Shown: positions 19,054-28,956, counted from the first letter of the stretch. The stretch: 64,000 bases of DNA from an uncultured Candidatus Saccharibacteria bacterium (GCA_964577395.1 CAZNYQ010000006.1:7155-71154), one strand, 5' to 3'. Program-made: numbers and translations. The notes: a model not told the origin generated them from the sequence alone.

Positions 19054-19077
19054 TTAGTTAAATATATTTAAAAATTT

Positions 19078-19236
19078 ATGGCACAGAAAAATTTAATAAA
19101 ATTAAAATGCAGCGAGTGTGGAAGGGTGAATTACCATACTCGGAAAAATAAAAAAACTATTCAAAAGAAAATAGAATTAAATAAATATTGTAAGTGGTGT
19201 AAAAAACATACTAAACACGTTGAAACGAAGAAGTAA
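19078..19236 (+). CDS. rpmG: Ribosomal protein L33 (Zn-ribbon form), absent from the ORF track
   Basis: Manual translation gives [52 protein letters not shown]. This closely resembles B. subtilis RpmGA (CTECG..NY..KNK ... KYC...KKHT.H.ETK). Confidence 0.85.
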   Translation: MAQKNLIKLKCSECGRVNYHTRKNKKTIQKKIELNKYCKWCKKHTKHVETKK

Positions 19237-19479
19237 CAAAATAAAAAAACTTTTACATCAAGGAAATTTTTAAGAGAGGTGGTCTAAATTATCTCTTATT
19301 GAGCAATTAGCTAATATTGGCAGTGAAGTTGGTCGGGCTAGTAAATGGTAGTATAAAGACGAAGAAAGATTTTGGGGAGCAGTTTTAGAAGGAACATATT
19401 ATATACCTTTCTTAAAGATTTTATAAATATTTTCTTAATTTTGCTTATGCATCATGTTCAGGAAAGTAATTATATATAT

Positions 19480-19554
19480 AGGGGCGTAGCTCAATTTGGC
19501 TAGAGCACTGGTCTCCAAAACCAGCGGTTACAGGTTCGAGTCCTGTCGCCCCTG
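19480..19554 (+). tRNA. tRNA-Trp (anticodon CCA)
   Basis: Acceptor AGGGGCG/CGCCCCT, anticodon loop CTCCAAA. It is collinear with E. coli tRNA-Trp. Confidence 0.85.
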
Positions 19555-19613
19555 AATTTGATTTAAGAGAAAATTATAATATAAAGAGCACATAACATAA
19601 GGAGGAGATCTTT

Positions 19614-19796
19614 GTGAATGCAAAAAAAGTGTTAAAGTTTCTTTATCTATTTTTGTGGTTTGGATCTATGAGTTTTGTGGCAGGATCTTGTTGCTTTGCT
19701 ATAAGTAAAAACACAATTATTTCTATTCTTGTTGGAGTTGTTATCTTTGCTTTTGCTGGAGGATTGTGTCTTTTCCCGTCCTCAAGCAACATATAG
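19614..19796 (+). CDS. Small two-TM membrane protein
   Basis: Strong SD AAGGAGG 7 nt before a GTG start. A terminator hairpin follows. It lies where secE normally follows tRNA-Trp, but no SecE motif is recognisable. Confidence 0.4.
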   Translation: MNAKKVLKFLYLFLWFGSMSFVAGSCCFAISKNTIISILVGVVIFAFAGGLCLFPSSSNI

Positions 19797-19807
19797 AAAA
19801 TTGCATA

Positions 19808-19838
19808 AAGTCTGTCTTAAATTTAGACAGACTTTTTT
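19808..19838 (+). terminator. Rho-independent terminator
   Basis: Perfect 10-bp stem aagtctgtct/agacagactt followed by T6. Confidence 0.65.
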
Positions 19839-19918
19839 AATAAGGCATGTATTTAATTACTATTGACATATTAATATAATTTTGTTATGTTTTAGTAAAA
19901 TTTGCTGTTTATTTATTT

Positions 19919-20230
19919 ATGTATAATTTTTTAAATTTATTAATTACGGCTTTAATCGGAACAAGTATCATAGTTAATGGAATTAATTTAAACCCTGAAG
20001 ATATTTTAGCTAAAACGAAAGTAGTTGTTAACGAAACAAATCTTCATCAGTTAAGAAATGCTTTAGAAATATATTATTTAGATAATCATTATTATCCTAT
20101 TACTGATTCAAGTTCAGAAATGATTTTAGACTTAGTTGATGCAGGTTATTTACAAAGCGTTCCAAGAAATTCTGATATTTTTTATTATCAATCCTTAGCT
20201 CAAGGACAAACATATACATTGTCAATTTAA
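19919..20230 (+). CDS. Pseudopilin (GspG/type IV pilin-like) domain protein without a canonical prepilin N-terminus
   Basis: LRNALEIYYLDNHYYP...DLVDAGYL matches the GspG/PulG globular-domain signature (L..AL..Y..DNG.YP). There is an N-terminal hydrophobic helix but no GFTLIE cleavage motif. Confidence 0.4.
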   Translation: MYNFLNLLITALIGTSIIVNGINLNPEDILAKTKVVVNETNLHQLRNALEIYYLDNHYYPITDSSSEMILDLVDAGYLQSVPRNSDIFYYQSLAQGQTYTLSI

Positions 20231-20248
20231 AATATTCCTTGACATTTA

Positions 20249-20278
20249 AAAACTCTCTTATCAAAGAGAGTTTTTTTT
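20249..20278 (+). terminator. Rho-independent terminator
   Basis: Stem aaactctctt/agagagttt followed by T8. Confidence 0.6.
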
Positions 20279-20308
20279 GTTAAAATGTAAATATATTAAT
20301 TTAAATTT

Positions 20309-21127
20309 ATGACAACGGAAATTTTTAAGAATCATCAAGCCTTTTTAATGTTGGCTTTAGATCATAGAAATAGTTTGCATCATATGCTTAATGCTAAGAA
20401 ACCTGAAGAAGTTTCTCAAGCAGCAATAGTAAATTTTAAAAAAGAAGTTATTGAAAGTTTAGCAAATCAATTTAGCGGTATTTTATTAGATCCGACATTT
20501 GGATTAAAAGCTTATCAGCAAGTGTCAAAAGGAGTGGAAAAACCTTATCTTCTAAGTATTGAAAAATCAGGTTATCAAAATAATAAGACAGGCCCTCAAA
20601 CAGAACTTGCTTTTACAGGAGAGGAACTTAAAAAATTAGGCGCTAGCGGTATTAAATTATTATTACCTATTGATATTCCTAAACCTTCTTTAGCACATCA
20701 GCTTAAAATTGCCAAAAAAGCTTTCCAAGAATCTCAAAAAGTTAATTTGCCGCTTTTTTTAGAAATTATTATTCCACTAAAAGTTAAAAAAGAGAGCATT
20801 TTAGATATTTTAAAAATATTTTTAAAAGAGAATATTCATCCGGCTGTTTTTAAGTTAGAGTATCCTGGCAATGCTTTTGCTTGTCGTAAGATTAAAAGAA
20901 TCATTGATCCAATTCCTTGGATTTTATTAACTCGCGGTAAAAAATTTAAAACTTTCCGGAGTGAGTTAGAAGAAGCTATTAAACAAGGGGCTGCTGGGTT
21001 TTTGGCAGGGAGAGCGCTTTGGCAAGAAGGAGTAAACTTAAAAGGAGTGCGAAGACAAGAATTTTTTTCTAAAACTTTGCCGAGAAGATTTGATGTCTTA
21101 AGTCAAATCGTTCTTAAACAAATTTAA
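20309..21127 (+). CDS. LacD-family class I aldolase (tagatose/fructose-bisphosphate aldolase-like)
   Basis: LALDHRNSL..ML and SGILLDPTFGL segments match LacD (AFDQRGAL..MM and SILLDPEYGL). It also has KLLLPIDI and LPLFLEII segments. Confidence 0.55.
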   Translation: MTTEIFKNHQAFLMLALDHRNSLHHMLNAKKPEEVSQAAIVNFKKEVIESLANQFSGILLDPTFGLKAYQQVSKGVEKPYLLSIEKSGYQNNKTGPQTELAFTGEELKKLGASGIKLLLPIDIPKPSLAHQLKIAKKAFQESQKVNLPLFLEIIIPLKVKKESILDILKIFLKENIHPAVFKLEYPGNAFACRKIKRIIDPIPWILLTRGKKFKTFRSELEEAIKQGAAGFLAGRALWQEGVNLKGVRRQEFFSKTLPRRFDVLSQIVLKQI

Positions 21128-21143
21128 AATATGTTTTAAAAAT

Positions 21144-21929
21144 ATGCGTTTAAAAAACAAAGTAGCTATTATTACAGGGGGTAGCACTGGCATTGGTCAA
21201 GCTACCGCTAAGCTCTTTGCTCTAGAAGGAGCAAAAGTGGCAATTTGCGATATTAATGACGAAGATGGTCAAAATTGTGTTAAGGTAATTAATCAAAATG
21301 ACGAACAAGCCGCTTATTGGCATCTTGATGTTTCTCAAGCAGGTGAAGTAGCGCGAGTTTTTCAAGAAATTAAAGATAAATTTGGTAAGATTGATATCTT
21401 ATTTAACAATGCAGGTATTTCTGGTGTCAATAAACCAACCCATGAAATTGAAGCTCAAGATTGGTTAAAAGTTCTTGATATTAATTTAAATGGTGTTTTC
21501 TATTGTGAGAAAGAGGCTTTAAAACATATGCTCGCTAATGAACCAGATCCTCAAACGAAGCAAAGGGGTAGTATTATTATCAACTCTTCTATTTATGGTA
21601 TAGTAGGAGGACCTGATGTGCCTCCCTATCATGCCTCTAAAGGAGCAGTGAGATTGTTAGCTAAAACTGATGCTAATATTTATGCAAAAAAAGGTATTCG
21701 AGTTAACTCAATTCATCCGGGATATATTCTAACTCCTATGGTTGAAAATCATCTTAAGAGTAGCCCGGATCCTGTAAAAGCCAAGGAAGCTGTTGCATCT
21801 CTACATCCTCTTGGACATATGGGAGAACCTAATGATATTGCTTTTGGAGCTCTCTATTTAGCGTCTGATGAGGCAAAGTTTGTGACAGGAACAGAATTAG
21901 TTATTGATGGCGGTTATACGTCTCATTAA
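21144..21929 (+). CDS. Short-chain dehydrogenase/reductase (SDR)
   Basis: TGGSTGIG cofactor motif, NNAG, and a catalytic YHASKGAV. Confidence 0.85.
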   Translation: MRLKNKVAIITGGSTGIGQATAKLFALEGAKVAICDINDEDGQNCVKVINQNDEQAAYWHLDVSQAGEVARVFQEIKDKFGKIDILFNNAGISGVNKPTHEIEAQDWLKVLDINLNGVFYCEKEALKHMLANEPDPQTKQRGSIIINSSIYGIVGGPDVPPYHASKGAVRLLAKTDANIYAKKGIRVNSIHPGYILTPMVENHLKSSPDPVKAKEAVASLHPLGHMGEPNDIAFGALYLASDEAKFVTGTELVIDGGYTSH

Positions 21930-21986
21930 AAAATTATTAATATTTTAACATCATTTTTTTATTTATTTTGTAATTAATATATTTTT

Positions 21987-23204
21987 ATGGGTCCTAAAAA
22001 AAATTTGAAAGATTATCGTCAAATAGTAGGAGATGAAATTATTGAAGAAATTTATACTAAGGCTAGGCGAATTGCAGATAAACATATTGTTGCTATTTCT
22101 TCTACTTATCAAGGAGGTGGAGTAGCTGAAATAATGAATAGCATTGTTTTTTTATTTAACGAAATAGGTATCGATTTTGGCTGGCGCATTTTACATGGAA
22201 CAACTGATTTTTTTAGTATCACTAAGAAATTTCATAATGCCTTACAAGGAGAAGAAATTCACTTAACAGAGATGAAAAAGAAAATTTATCAAGAAACTAA
22301 TCGGCGCTTTTCTCTTTTTACTCATCTGCATCATGACTTAGTGATCGTCCATGATCCTCAGCCACTTCCTCTAATAGATTTTTATCCTAATAAAAAACAG
22401 CCATGGATTTTTAGATGTCATGTTGATCTTTCAAAACCTAATAAAAAAGCATGGAATTATCTTAAAGGATTTATTGAAAAATATGATCATTTTGTCGTAT
22501 CACGTGATGAGTACCGTCAAAAATTACCTATTCAACAAACTATTATTCGTCCGGCTACGGATCCTTTATCTCCCAAGAACGAAGCATTATCTCAAGATAA
22601 AATAGAGAATTATTTAGATAAATTTGGTATTAAACAAGATAAACCATTAATTGCTCAAGTATCTCGTTTTGATGCATGGAAAGATCCTGAAGGAGTCTTA
22701 GAAATTTTTGAAAAAGTTAGAAAAAAAGTTGATTGTCGCTTAGCACTTTTAGGATCTTTAGCACCTGATGATCCTGAAGGACAAGCAACATACAAACGAA
22801 TTGAAGCAAAAGTTTCGCAAAGCAAATATAAATCAGATATTTATCTTCTTTTAGTTGATAATGATATTTTAGTAAATTGTCTACAGCGTTTTTCAGATGT
22901 TATTATTCAAAAATCTCGCAAAGAAGGTTTTGGCCTAACAGTTACCGAAGCTTTATATAAAGGAACACCAGTTGTTGCTTCAAGAGTAGGTGGTATTCCT
23001 TTGCAAGTTGTTAATGATTTCAATGGATATTTGCATGAACCTGATGATGTCGAAGGATTTTCCGAAAGTGTCATTAAAATTTTAAAAGATAAAAAGCTAC
23101 GTCAAAAATTAGGAAAAAATGGCCGTAAACATGTTATTAATAATTTTCTTATTACTCGTTTAATGAATGATTGGTTGGATTTATTTGAAAATTATTTAAA
23201 TTAA
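21987..23204 (+). CDS. treT: Trehalose synthase TreT-like GT4 glycosyltransferase
   Basis: DYRQIVGDEI ... ISSTYQGGGVAEIMNSIV ... FHNALQG closely matches the archaeal TreT N-terminal domain. It also has the GT4 C-terminal EGFGLTVTEALYKGTPVV. Confidence 0.75.
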   Translation: MGPKKNLKDYRQIVGDEIIEEIYTKARRIADKHIVAISSTYQGGGVAEIMNSIVFLFNEIGIDFGWRILHGTTDFFSITKKFHNALQGEEIHLTEMKKKIYQETNRRFSLFTHLHHDLVIVHDPQPLPLIDFYPNKKQPWIFRCHVDLSKPNKKAWNYLKGFIEKYDHFVVSRDEYRQKLPIQQTIIRPATDPLSPKNEALSQDKIENYLDKFGIKQDKPLIAQVSRFDAWKDPEGVLEIFEKVRKKVDCRLALLGSLAPDDPEGQATYKRIEAKVSQSKYKSDIYLLLVDNDILVNCLQRFSDVIIQKSRKEGFGLTVTEALYKGTPVVASRVGGIPLQVVNDFNGYLHEPDDVEGFSESVIKILKDKKLRQKLGKNGRKHVINNFLITRLMNDWLDLFENYLN

Positions 23205-23207
23205 AAT

Positions 23208-23231
23208 ACCCCGTATAGCTTTATACGGGGT
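23208..23231. terminator. Bidirectional hairpin terminator between treT (+) and a minus-strand gene
   Basis: Perfect 10-bp stem accccgtata/tatacggggt with loop gctt. Confidence 0.55.
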
Positions 23232-23238
23232 AATGCAT

Positions 23239-23589
23239 TTATTTGTGAGCCGGGACTTCTCGAGAGAATGTAGGTTTTGGATCAGATTCTTCAACGAATT
23301 TTATATCGCTGATGTTCATTAAGTTTTTTTCTAGGAACTGTCGCAGTTTTTCACTGCTTGTCGGAATGCTAAGATAAAAACAGCTGCCTTGTCTTTTTCC
23401 TAATTTAATATAATGTGCCTCAGTTTTTTCTCCATTAATATTTAAGTAAATCTTTTTTTTCTTTACTTCACAATGATGAGGATTGATTCCAAACTTTTTT
23501 TCTAATTCTTGAATAAAACTTTGGGCATCTTGACAGCTCCCTATAAATATTGGTCCCCTCTTAGCCTTAGTATGAATGTGTACTTTCAC
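23239..23589 (-). CDS. Hypothetical protein
   Basis: GTG start preceded by an AAGGAGTG SD. No recognisable motifs. Confidence 0.45.
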   Translation of the reverse strand: MKVHIHTKAKRGPIFIGSCQDAQSFIQELEKKFGINPHHCEVKKKKIYLNINGEKTEAHYIKLGKRQGSCFYLSIPTSSEKLRQFLEKNLMNISDIKFVEESDPKPTFSREVPAHK

Positions 23590-23818
23590 TTTTTCACACT
23601 CCTTTTTTTGTTTTGTTATACTTTAACAAAAAAAGAAAGGAGAAGATCGAATTCTTGAATTATTAATAACACACCTCCTTTAATGCATTAATCTATAAAT
23701 ATATTATATAATATATTTTTTTATTTGCAATACCCGAAATTTTAAAAGGAGGTTTTCTATTGCTTTATTAAACTATTTATGTTATAATATAAGTATTCTA
23801 GTTTACGAAGGAGATGTG

Positions 23819-23920
23819 ATGGAAAAAGGTTTTGTAATAGGATTATTGATAATTGGTGCAGTCTTTATATTCTTTAAGACTTGGGATAATAAACATGGGA
23901 ATAGCAAGGTGTACAGTTGA
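23819..23920 (+). CDS. 33-aa hydrophobic peptide MEKGFVIGLLIIGAVFIFFKTWDNKHGNSKVYS, absent from the ORF track
   Basis: SD GAAGGAG 7 nt upstream of ATG, a TTATAAT -10-like box upstream, and a perfect terminator immediately downstream (23929-23956). It has a single TM helix. Confidence 0.4.
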   Translation: MEKGFVIGLLIIGAVFIFFKTWDNKHGNSKVYS

Positions 23921-23928
23921 AGTTCTTT

Positions 23929-23956
23929 AAGAGAGCGTAAAGACGCTCTCTTTTTT
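23929..23956 (+). terminator. Rho-independent terminator
   Basis: 10-bp stem aagagagcgt/acgctctctt with loop aaag and T6. Confidence 0.65.
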
Positions 23957-24122
23957 ATTCATGAAGTTATTGTAATGTTAAAAATTATCAATAAAAAATT
24001 TATGAGAAGTACTTTTAAGATATAAATTAAAAATATTTAGATTTTTTTAAAGCATTTTTAGATGCTTGTTTTTAAATCTATCATTCGTTATTATAAAAGT
24101 ATAGAGAAAATTTTTATTCAAT

Positions 24123-25097
24123 ATGACAAAATTACCTAAAGTATCTATTATTATTGTTAATTATCAAGGCTGGCAAGAGACTGTTGAATGTCTTAAAAGC
24201 TTAGAAAAATTGAATTATGATAATTTTAAGGTTTTTGTGGTTGATAATCATTCTCCTAATGGTTCTTTTAAAAAAATTAATAGTTTTTTAAAAAAGTTTT
24301 TTATAACTCATCCTCGCTTTAAAGTTGACTTGATAGCGTCTCATAAAAACCTTGGCTTTGCAGGAGGAAATAATTTAGGCATCAAAAAAGCTCAAGCATG
24401 GGAAAGCCAATATTTTCTTCTTTTAAATCCTGATACAAGAGTTACGCCTAATTTTTTAAATATTTTAGTTGATGTAGCGCAAAAACCTAATAGATTTCCT
24501 CACCTGAAGAAATATTTTGACGAAGGTAAAAGAGTTGGATTTTTAGGGCCTAGAATTTTCTATACCGATAAAAAAACAGTTTATTCTAATGGGGGAATTA
24601 TTAATAAAACGCTTACCCAAGCTATTCTTAAGGATCATGGGAGAAAACGGCACCAATTAATAAAACAACAAGATCCTTTTATAACAGACTATATTACAGG
24701 CACGGCACTTTTTTTTAGTCAAGAAATTTTAAAAGATATAGGATTAATGCAAGAAAACTATTTTCTCTATTACGAGGACTCCGATTGGGCGGTTAAAGCT
24801 TCCCAAAAAGGATATTTTCACCTTCTTGTTCCCAATGCTGTTATTTACCATAAAGGATATCACTCGACAAAACATTTATCATTCCAATATATATATTATT
24901 TAACACGTAATGGATATTATTTAGCTTGGAATAATGGTAAATTGGCACATAAAATTTTTGTTATCTTTTTGTCGATTTGTAAATTTTTAAAACAACCTCT
25001 TAAATGGTTTATTTACCTATCTAAAAGAAAATGGATTAAACCTATTTTAAAAGCAACTTGGGATTTCTGGAGAGGCAAGAAAGGTAAGTTATCATGA
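24123..25097 (+). CDS. Family 2 glycosyltransferase
   Basis: N-terminal VSIIIVNYQG.....CL.SL and a DNHSPNGS segment typical of the GT2 fold. Confidence 0.8.
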   Translation: MTKLPKVSIIIVNYQGWQETVECLKSLEKLNYDNFKVFVVDNHSPNGSFKKINSFLKKFFITHPRFKVDLIASHKNLGFAGGNNLGIKKAQAWESQYFLLLNPDTRVTPNFLNILVDVAQKPNRFPHLKKYFDEGKRVGFLGPRIFYTDKKTVYSNGGIINKTLTQAILKDHGRKRHQLIKQQDPFITDYITGTALFFSQEILKDIGLMQENYFLYYEDSDWAVKASQKGYFHLLVPNAVIYHKGYHSTKHLSFQYIYYLTRNGYYLAWNNGKLAHKIFVIFLSICKFLKQPLKWFIYLSKRKWIKPILKATWDFWRGKKGKLS

Positions 25098-26227
25098 AAA
25101 TAGGAATTGACTGTCATCATTTTAAAGATCAAAAAGGCATTGAAAGATACCTTTTTAATTTATTGACTTTTTGGAAAAAAGAAAAAAAGATTAATTTTAT
25201 TTTATATTTTCAAAAAGGCGATCAATCAGTTAAAAGAATACCTCAGTCGGATAACTTTTTTATTCGAGAGCTTAAAAATCCTTTTAATATTTCCAGCACA
25301 GCTCTTTTTCAACATTTCACTCTTCCGCGAGCTGCACAGCAAGATCACTTAGATATATTTTTTTCTCCTTCTTATCTTTTGCCCTTTTTTTATATTGGAA
25401 AAACAGCTTTAACTATTCATGATATAATTTATGAAGCGCATCCAGCATGGTTTAATTTTAGAAGTTTTAGAGATAAAATTTTAATTAAAAAAATGGGGAA
25501 AATTTCGGCTCAAAAAACTGATCTTATTCTAGTACCTTCCCAATTTACTAAAAAAGAAATTCAAAAGTTTTATAATATTGATGCTTCTAAAATTAAAGTT
25601 GTTCCATTGGCAGCTGATAAAATATTTTTAAATGCTCAAAAGAAAAAAATTTTATATAAAAAATATAATTTAAAAGAAAAATTTTTTATTTTTTCTGCTG
25701 CCTTATTTCAAAGACGTTGCCTTCATGAAAGTATCTTTGCTTTTAAAGAAATAGCACAAGAATTTTCTGATTATCAATATTTAATTATAGGGAAAGATTT
25801 TACTAATTTAGGTAATGTTCGACAATTAACTAATAATTTAAATAAACAGCTTAAAAGAGATGCTTTTATATATATAGATCATTTTATAGATGTTAAAGAA
25901 TTGGCTTCTCTATATAAAACTGCTCACGCTGTTATTTACCTATCTCTTTACGAGGGTTTTGGATTGCCTGTCATTGAAGCTATGGCATCGGCCACACCAG
26001 TTATCTGTGGTAATGCGCAAGCTTTAGCTGAAATAGTGCAAAGTCATTGTTTTTGGGTTAAAAATCCTAAAAACATTAAACAAATTAGTCGCATGATGCA
26101 GCAATCTATTCAAAAATCTGCTAAGTATAAGAAAAATCAGAAAGAAGGTTTTTTAAAAGCTCAAGAATTTTCTTGGCGATTAACTGCTCAAAAAACATTA
26201 ACATTAATTAAAGAATGCCTTAAATAA
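25094..26227 (+). CDS. GT4 (group 1) glycosyltransferase
   Basis: C-terminal EGFGLPVIEAMASATPVI motif. The start overlaps the upstream gene. Confidence 0.8.
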   Translation: MKIGIDCHHFKDQKGIERYLFNLLTFWKKEKKINFILYFQKGDQSVKRIPQSDNFFIRELKNPFNISSTALFQHFTLPRAAQQDHLDIFFSPSYLLPFFYIGKTALTIHDIIYEAHPAWFNFRSFRDKILIKKMGKISAQKTDLILVPSQFTKKEIQKFYNIDASKIKVVPLAADKIFLNAQKKKILYKKYNLKEKFFIFSAALFQRRCLHESIFAFKEIAQEFSDYQYLIIGKDFTNLGNVRQLTNNLNKQLKRDAFIYIDHFIDVKELASLYKTAHAVIYLSLYEGFGLPVIEAMASATPVICGNAQALAEIVQSHCFWVKNPKNIKQISRMMQQSIQKSAKYKKNQKEGFLKAQEFSWRLTAQKTLTLIKECLK

Positions 26228-26230
26228 TTT

Positions 26231-27817
26231 ATGTCTTTTTTAAGGAAGAAAATTTATTGCCATCCTCTATATCTTTTATATATATTTCAGCTGATTATCA
26301 TTGGTGGGGTTATTTTTCATACCTTACCTCGAGAAATCATTTTAAGTTTAGCTTTTCTAATTTTACTTTTTTTAAGCTTAACAAAATTAAAAGATGCCCT
26401 TTTTTTCTTTTTGGCCTCTGTTCCTTTCTTTGTAGCGTTACCAATTACTAATATTTTTGATTCTTTAAATATTTGGCGTCTTGCTATTTTAGTGCTTTTA
26501 GGAAGATTTATTTTTCAAAGGTTTCCTTTGAAAATATGGTTGCATGGTGATTTTCTAAAAACCTTACCTAAAAGAATTTGGCAAAGATTAAGAAGAAATA
26601 AAATAGAATTTTGGACAGTGGTTTATCTTGCAATTAGCTTGTTATCTATTTTAAAAGCCCAAGATAAAATAGCTGCTTTAAAAAGATTAATTTATATAGC
26701 GCAAATGATATCAGTTTATCCTTTAGCTAGAGGCTTACTTAAAAAAGAAAAAGACCTAAAAAAAGCAGTTAAATTTATTTTAATTTCTAGTTTATTAGTT
26801 TTAATTATTGGATTAGCTCAATTAGCTTTTAGTTATGTAACGAGCTTAGATTATTTTTGGGGATGGTGGGCTTGGCGAGTAGAAGTTACATTATATGGTA
26901 AAAATTTAGCTAATATTGTCTCTCGTGCTAATACTTGGTTTTCCTATTACGGAGGATCTTTTCCTCGCCTGAGATCTTTTGGAACTTTTACAGATTCTCA
27001 TTCCTTTGCCCTCTATTTATTATTGGCAAGTCCTCTTCTGTTATGGCTAGGATTAAAAGATTACTTAGAAAAACGAAAAATTAGTTTAAGAAGTTTTCTT
27101 TTAAGCATTGCTTTTATTTTAATGCAATTTCTAGTTGTTTTATCAGGCACAAGAGGAATTTGGATTAGCGTTATTAGTGCTTTGGGAGTTGCCTTATATT
27201 TTCTTTTAAAAAGATTAAAGCCCTTTTTAGTAAGATATATTTTGGGTGCTTTAGGTGTGTTTATTATTTTACTTCCTTTATCATCATTTCTTTTATCAAT
27301 TCCTCAATTTTCTATGCCCTCAAGTAGAAGTGGCGGAGCTTTAACAATGAGACGTTTCCAAAGCATCATCGATTTTAATGAAATTTCTAATCAAGGACGT
27401 CTCTTCATTTGGCAAGAAAGCTTAAAATCAATAGCCAAAAATCCTCTTTTAGGCGTAGGAATTGGTAATTTTCCTGTCATTTTAGAACAGGATGTTTTAT
27501 TGCAAGAAGCTGGTTCAACGGCTCATAATATTTATTTAAATGCTGGTGTTGAAATGGGTATTTTTGGTATTTTAGCGTTAGGAATGGTTTTTTATCATAT
27601 TTTTAAAAAGGGCTATCTTTTTATTAAAGTTCGCGCAAAAAATCATTTTTATTACTTACCAATTCTTTTAGGTTTTTATTTCCTTTGGATAGCAGTTTAT
27701 TCCTTATTTGACATTGCTATTTTTGATGCTCGCGTTATGATAATTTTTGTAACCCTCATCGCAGCTTTAAATGTTCTCTCTAAGAAATATTTAGATGAAA
27801 AAATCAACATTACCTAA
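26231..27817 (+). CDS. O-antigen ligase/polymerase (Wzy/WaaL-like) polytopic membrane protein
   Basis: About 10-12 TM helices and a periplasmic loop with RLFIWQESLKSIAKNPLLGVGIGNF, characteristic of the O-antigen ligase family. Confidence 0.7.
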   Translation: MSFLRKKIYCHPLYLLYIFQLIIIGGVIFHTLPREIILSLAFLILLFLSLTKLKDALFFFLASVPFFVALPITNIFDSLNIWRLAILVLLGRFIFQRFPLKIWLHGDFLKTLPKRIWQRLRRNKIEFWTVVYLAISLLSILKAQDKIAALKRLIYIAQMISVYPLARGLLKKEKDLKKAVKFILISSLLVLIIGLAQLAFSYVTSLDYFWGWWAWRVEVTLYGKNLANIVSRANTWFSYYGGSFPRLRSFGTFTDSHSFALYLLLASPLLLWLGLKDYLEKRKISLRSFLLSIAFILMQFLVVLSGTRGIWISVISALGVALYFLLKRLKPFLVRYILGALGVFIILLPLSSFLLSIPQFSMPSSRSGGALTMRRFQSIIDFNEISNQGRLFIWQESLKSIAKNPLLGVGIGNFPVILEQDVLLQEAGSTAHNIYLNAGVEMGIFGILALGMVFYHIFKKGYLFIKVRAKNHFYYLPILLGFYFLWIAVYSLFDIAIFDARVMIIFVTLIAALNVLSKKYLDEKINIT

Positions 27818-28847
27818 AATTACAATTAACATCTTAACTTGGAATGCAGCTAAATATTTGAAGCCTTGTCTAGATGCAGCCTTGAATCAAGATTATGAAA
27901 ATTTTGAAATTCTTATCATAGATAATAATTCTCAGGACAATACTGTTAAGATTTTGAAGAAATATCTTCAGAAAAATTCTAAAAAAATTCGTTTCTTAAA
28001 AAATAACCGCAACGTTGGTTTTGCGGCTGGCCATAACAGAGGTATTCAAGAAACTGATGGCAAGTATGTTATGCTTTTGAATCAAGATGCTATTTTGACA
28101 AAGAGTTTTCTTAGTCAAGCTGTGCAAATTATGGAAAAAGATTCTCAAATAGCAGCTTTACAACCTCAGGTTTTAAAATATGATTTTAATAAAAATAAGC
28201 CTAAAAACATTTTTGATACTACGGGTCTTGTCATGTTAAGAAATAGAAGAATTATTAATCGAGGACAAGGACAGCAAAAGAACAATCAATACAATAAAAA
28301 GGAAGAAATTTTTGGAGCTGATGGAGCAGTACCAATTTATAGAAGAAAAGCTTTAGAAGATGTTTCTTTGCCAAGTTTTCAAAAAAAGAATCATTTCAAA
28401 AATGAAATTTTTGATGAAAACTTTTTTGCTTATAAAGAGGATGTAGATTTAGCTTGGCGTTTAAGGCTCTATGGATGGAAAGCTGTCTATGCTCCGCAAG
28501 TAGTTGCTTATCATGAAAGAGGGGCTGGTGAAAGCGCTTCTCGCAAAGCTTTTGATATTATTAAAGAAAGAAGAAATATTTCTTTGTTTTCCAAAACCCT
28601 TTCTTTTAAAAATCAACGCTTAATGCAAGTGAAAAACGAAATTCTTGGGCTTTATTTAAAACATTTACCATGGATTCTTTGGAAAGGGATAAGAGCTTGG
28701 GGATATGTTTTAATCTTTGAACCTGCTATCTTAAAAATCCTTCCTACTCTATTCAGACAACTTCCTAAAGCCTTAAAGCAAAGAAAAGTTATTAATAAGA
28801 GAAAAAAGGTGCCCATAAAGGATTTAGAAAAATGGTTTTTAAAATAA
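27795..28847 (+). CDS. Family 2 glycosyltransferase
   Basis: ITINILTWNAAKYLKPCL and IIDNNSQDNT segments. The start overlaps the upstream gene. Confidence 0.8.
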   Translation: MKKSTLPKITINILTWNAAKYLKPCLDAALNQDYENFEILIIDNNSQDNTVKILKKYLQKNSKKIRFLKNNRNVGFAAGHNRGIQETDGKYVMLLNQDAILTKSFLSQAVQIMEKDSQIAALQPQVLKYDFNKNKPKNIFDTTGLVMLRNRRIINRGQGQQKNNQYNKKEEIFGADGAVPIYRRKALEDVSLPSFQKKNHFKNEIFDENFFAYKEDVDLAWRLRLYGWKAVYAPQVVAYHERGAGESASRKAFDIIKERRNISLFSKTLSFKNQRLMQVKNEILGLYLKHLPWILWKGIRAWGYVLIFEPAILKILPTLFRQLPKALKQRKVINKRKKVPIKDLEKWFLK

Positions 28848-28956
28848 AAGATTATGTCTTTACATTTTAAGACGAAAGAGTTAAACTAATAAATAGATAT
28901 TAAAGGTCGACTATTTTTGGTGTTATATATATCTAAATTTTTGAAAGGAGTGAATA

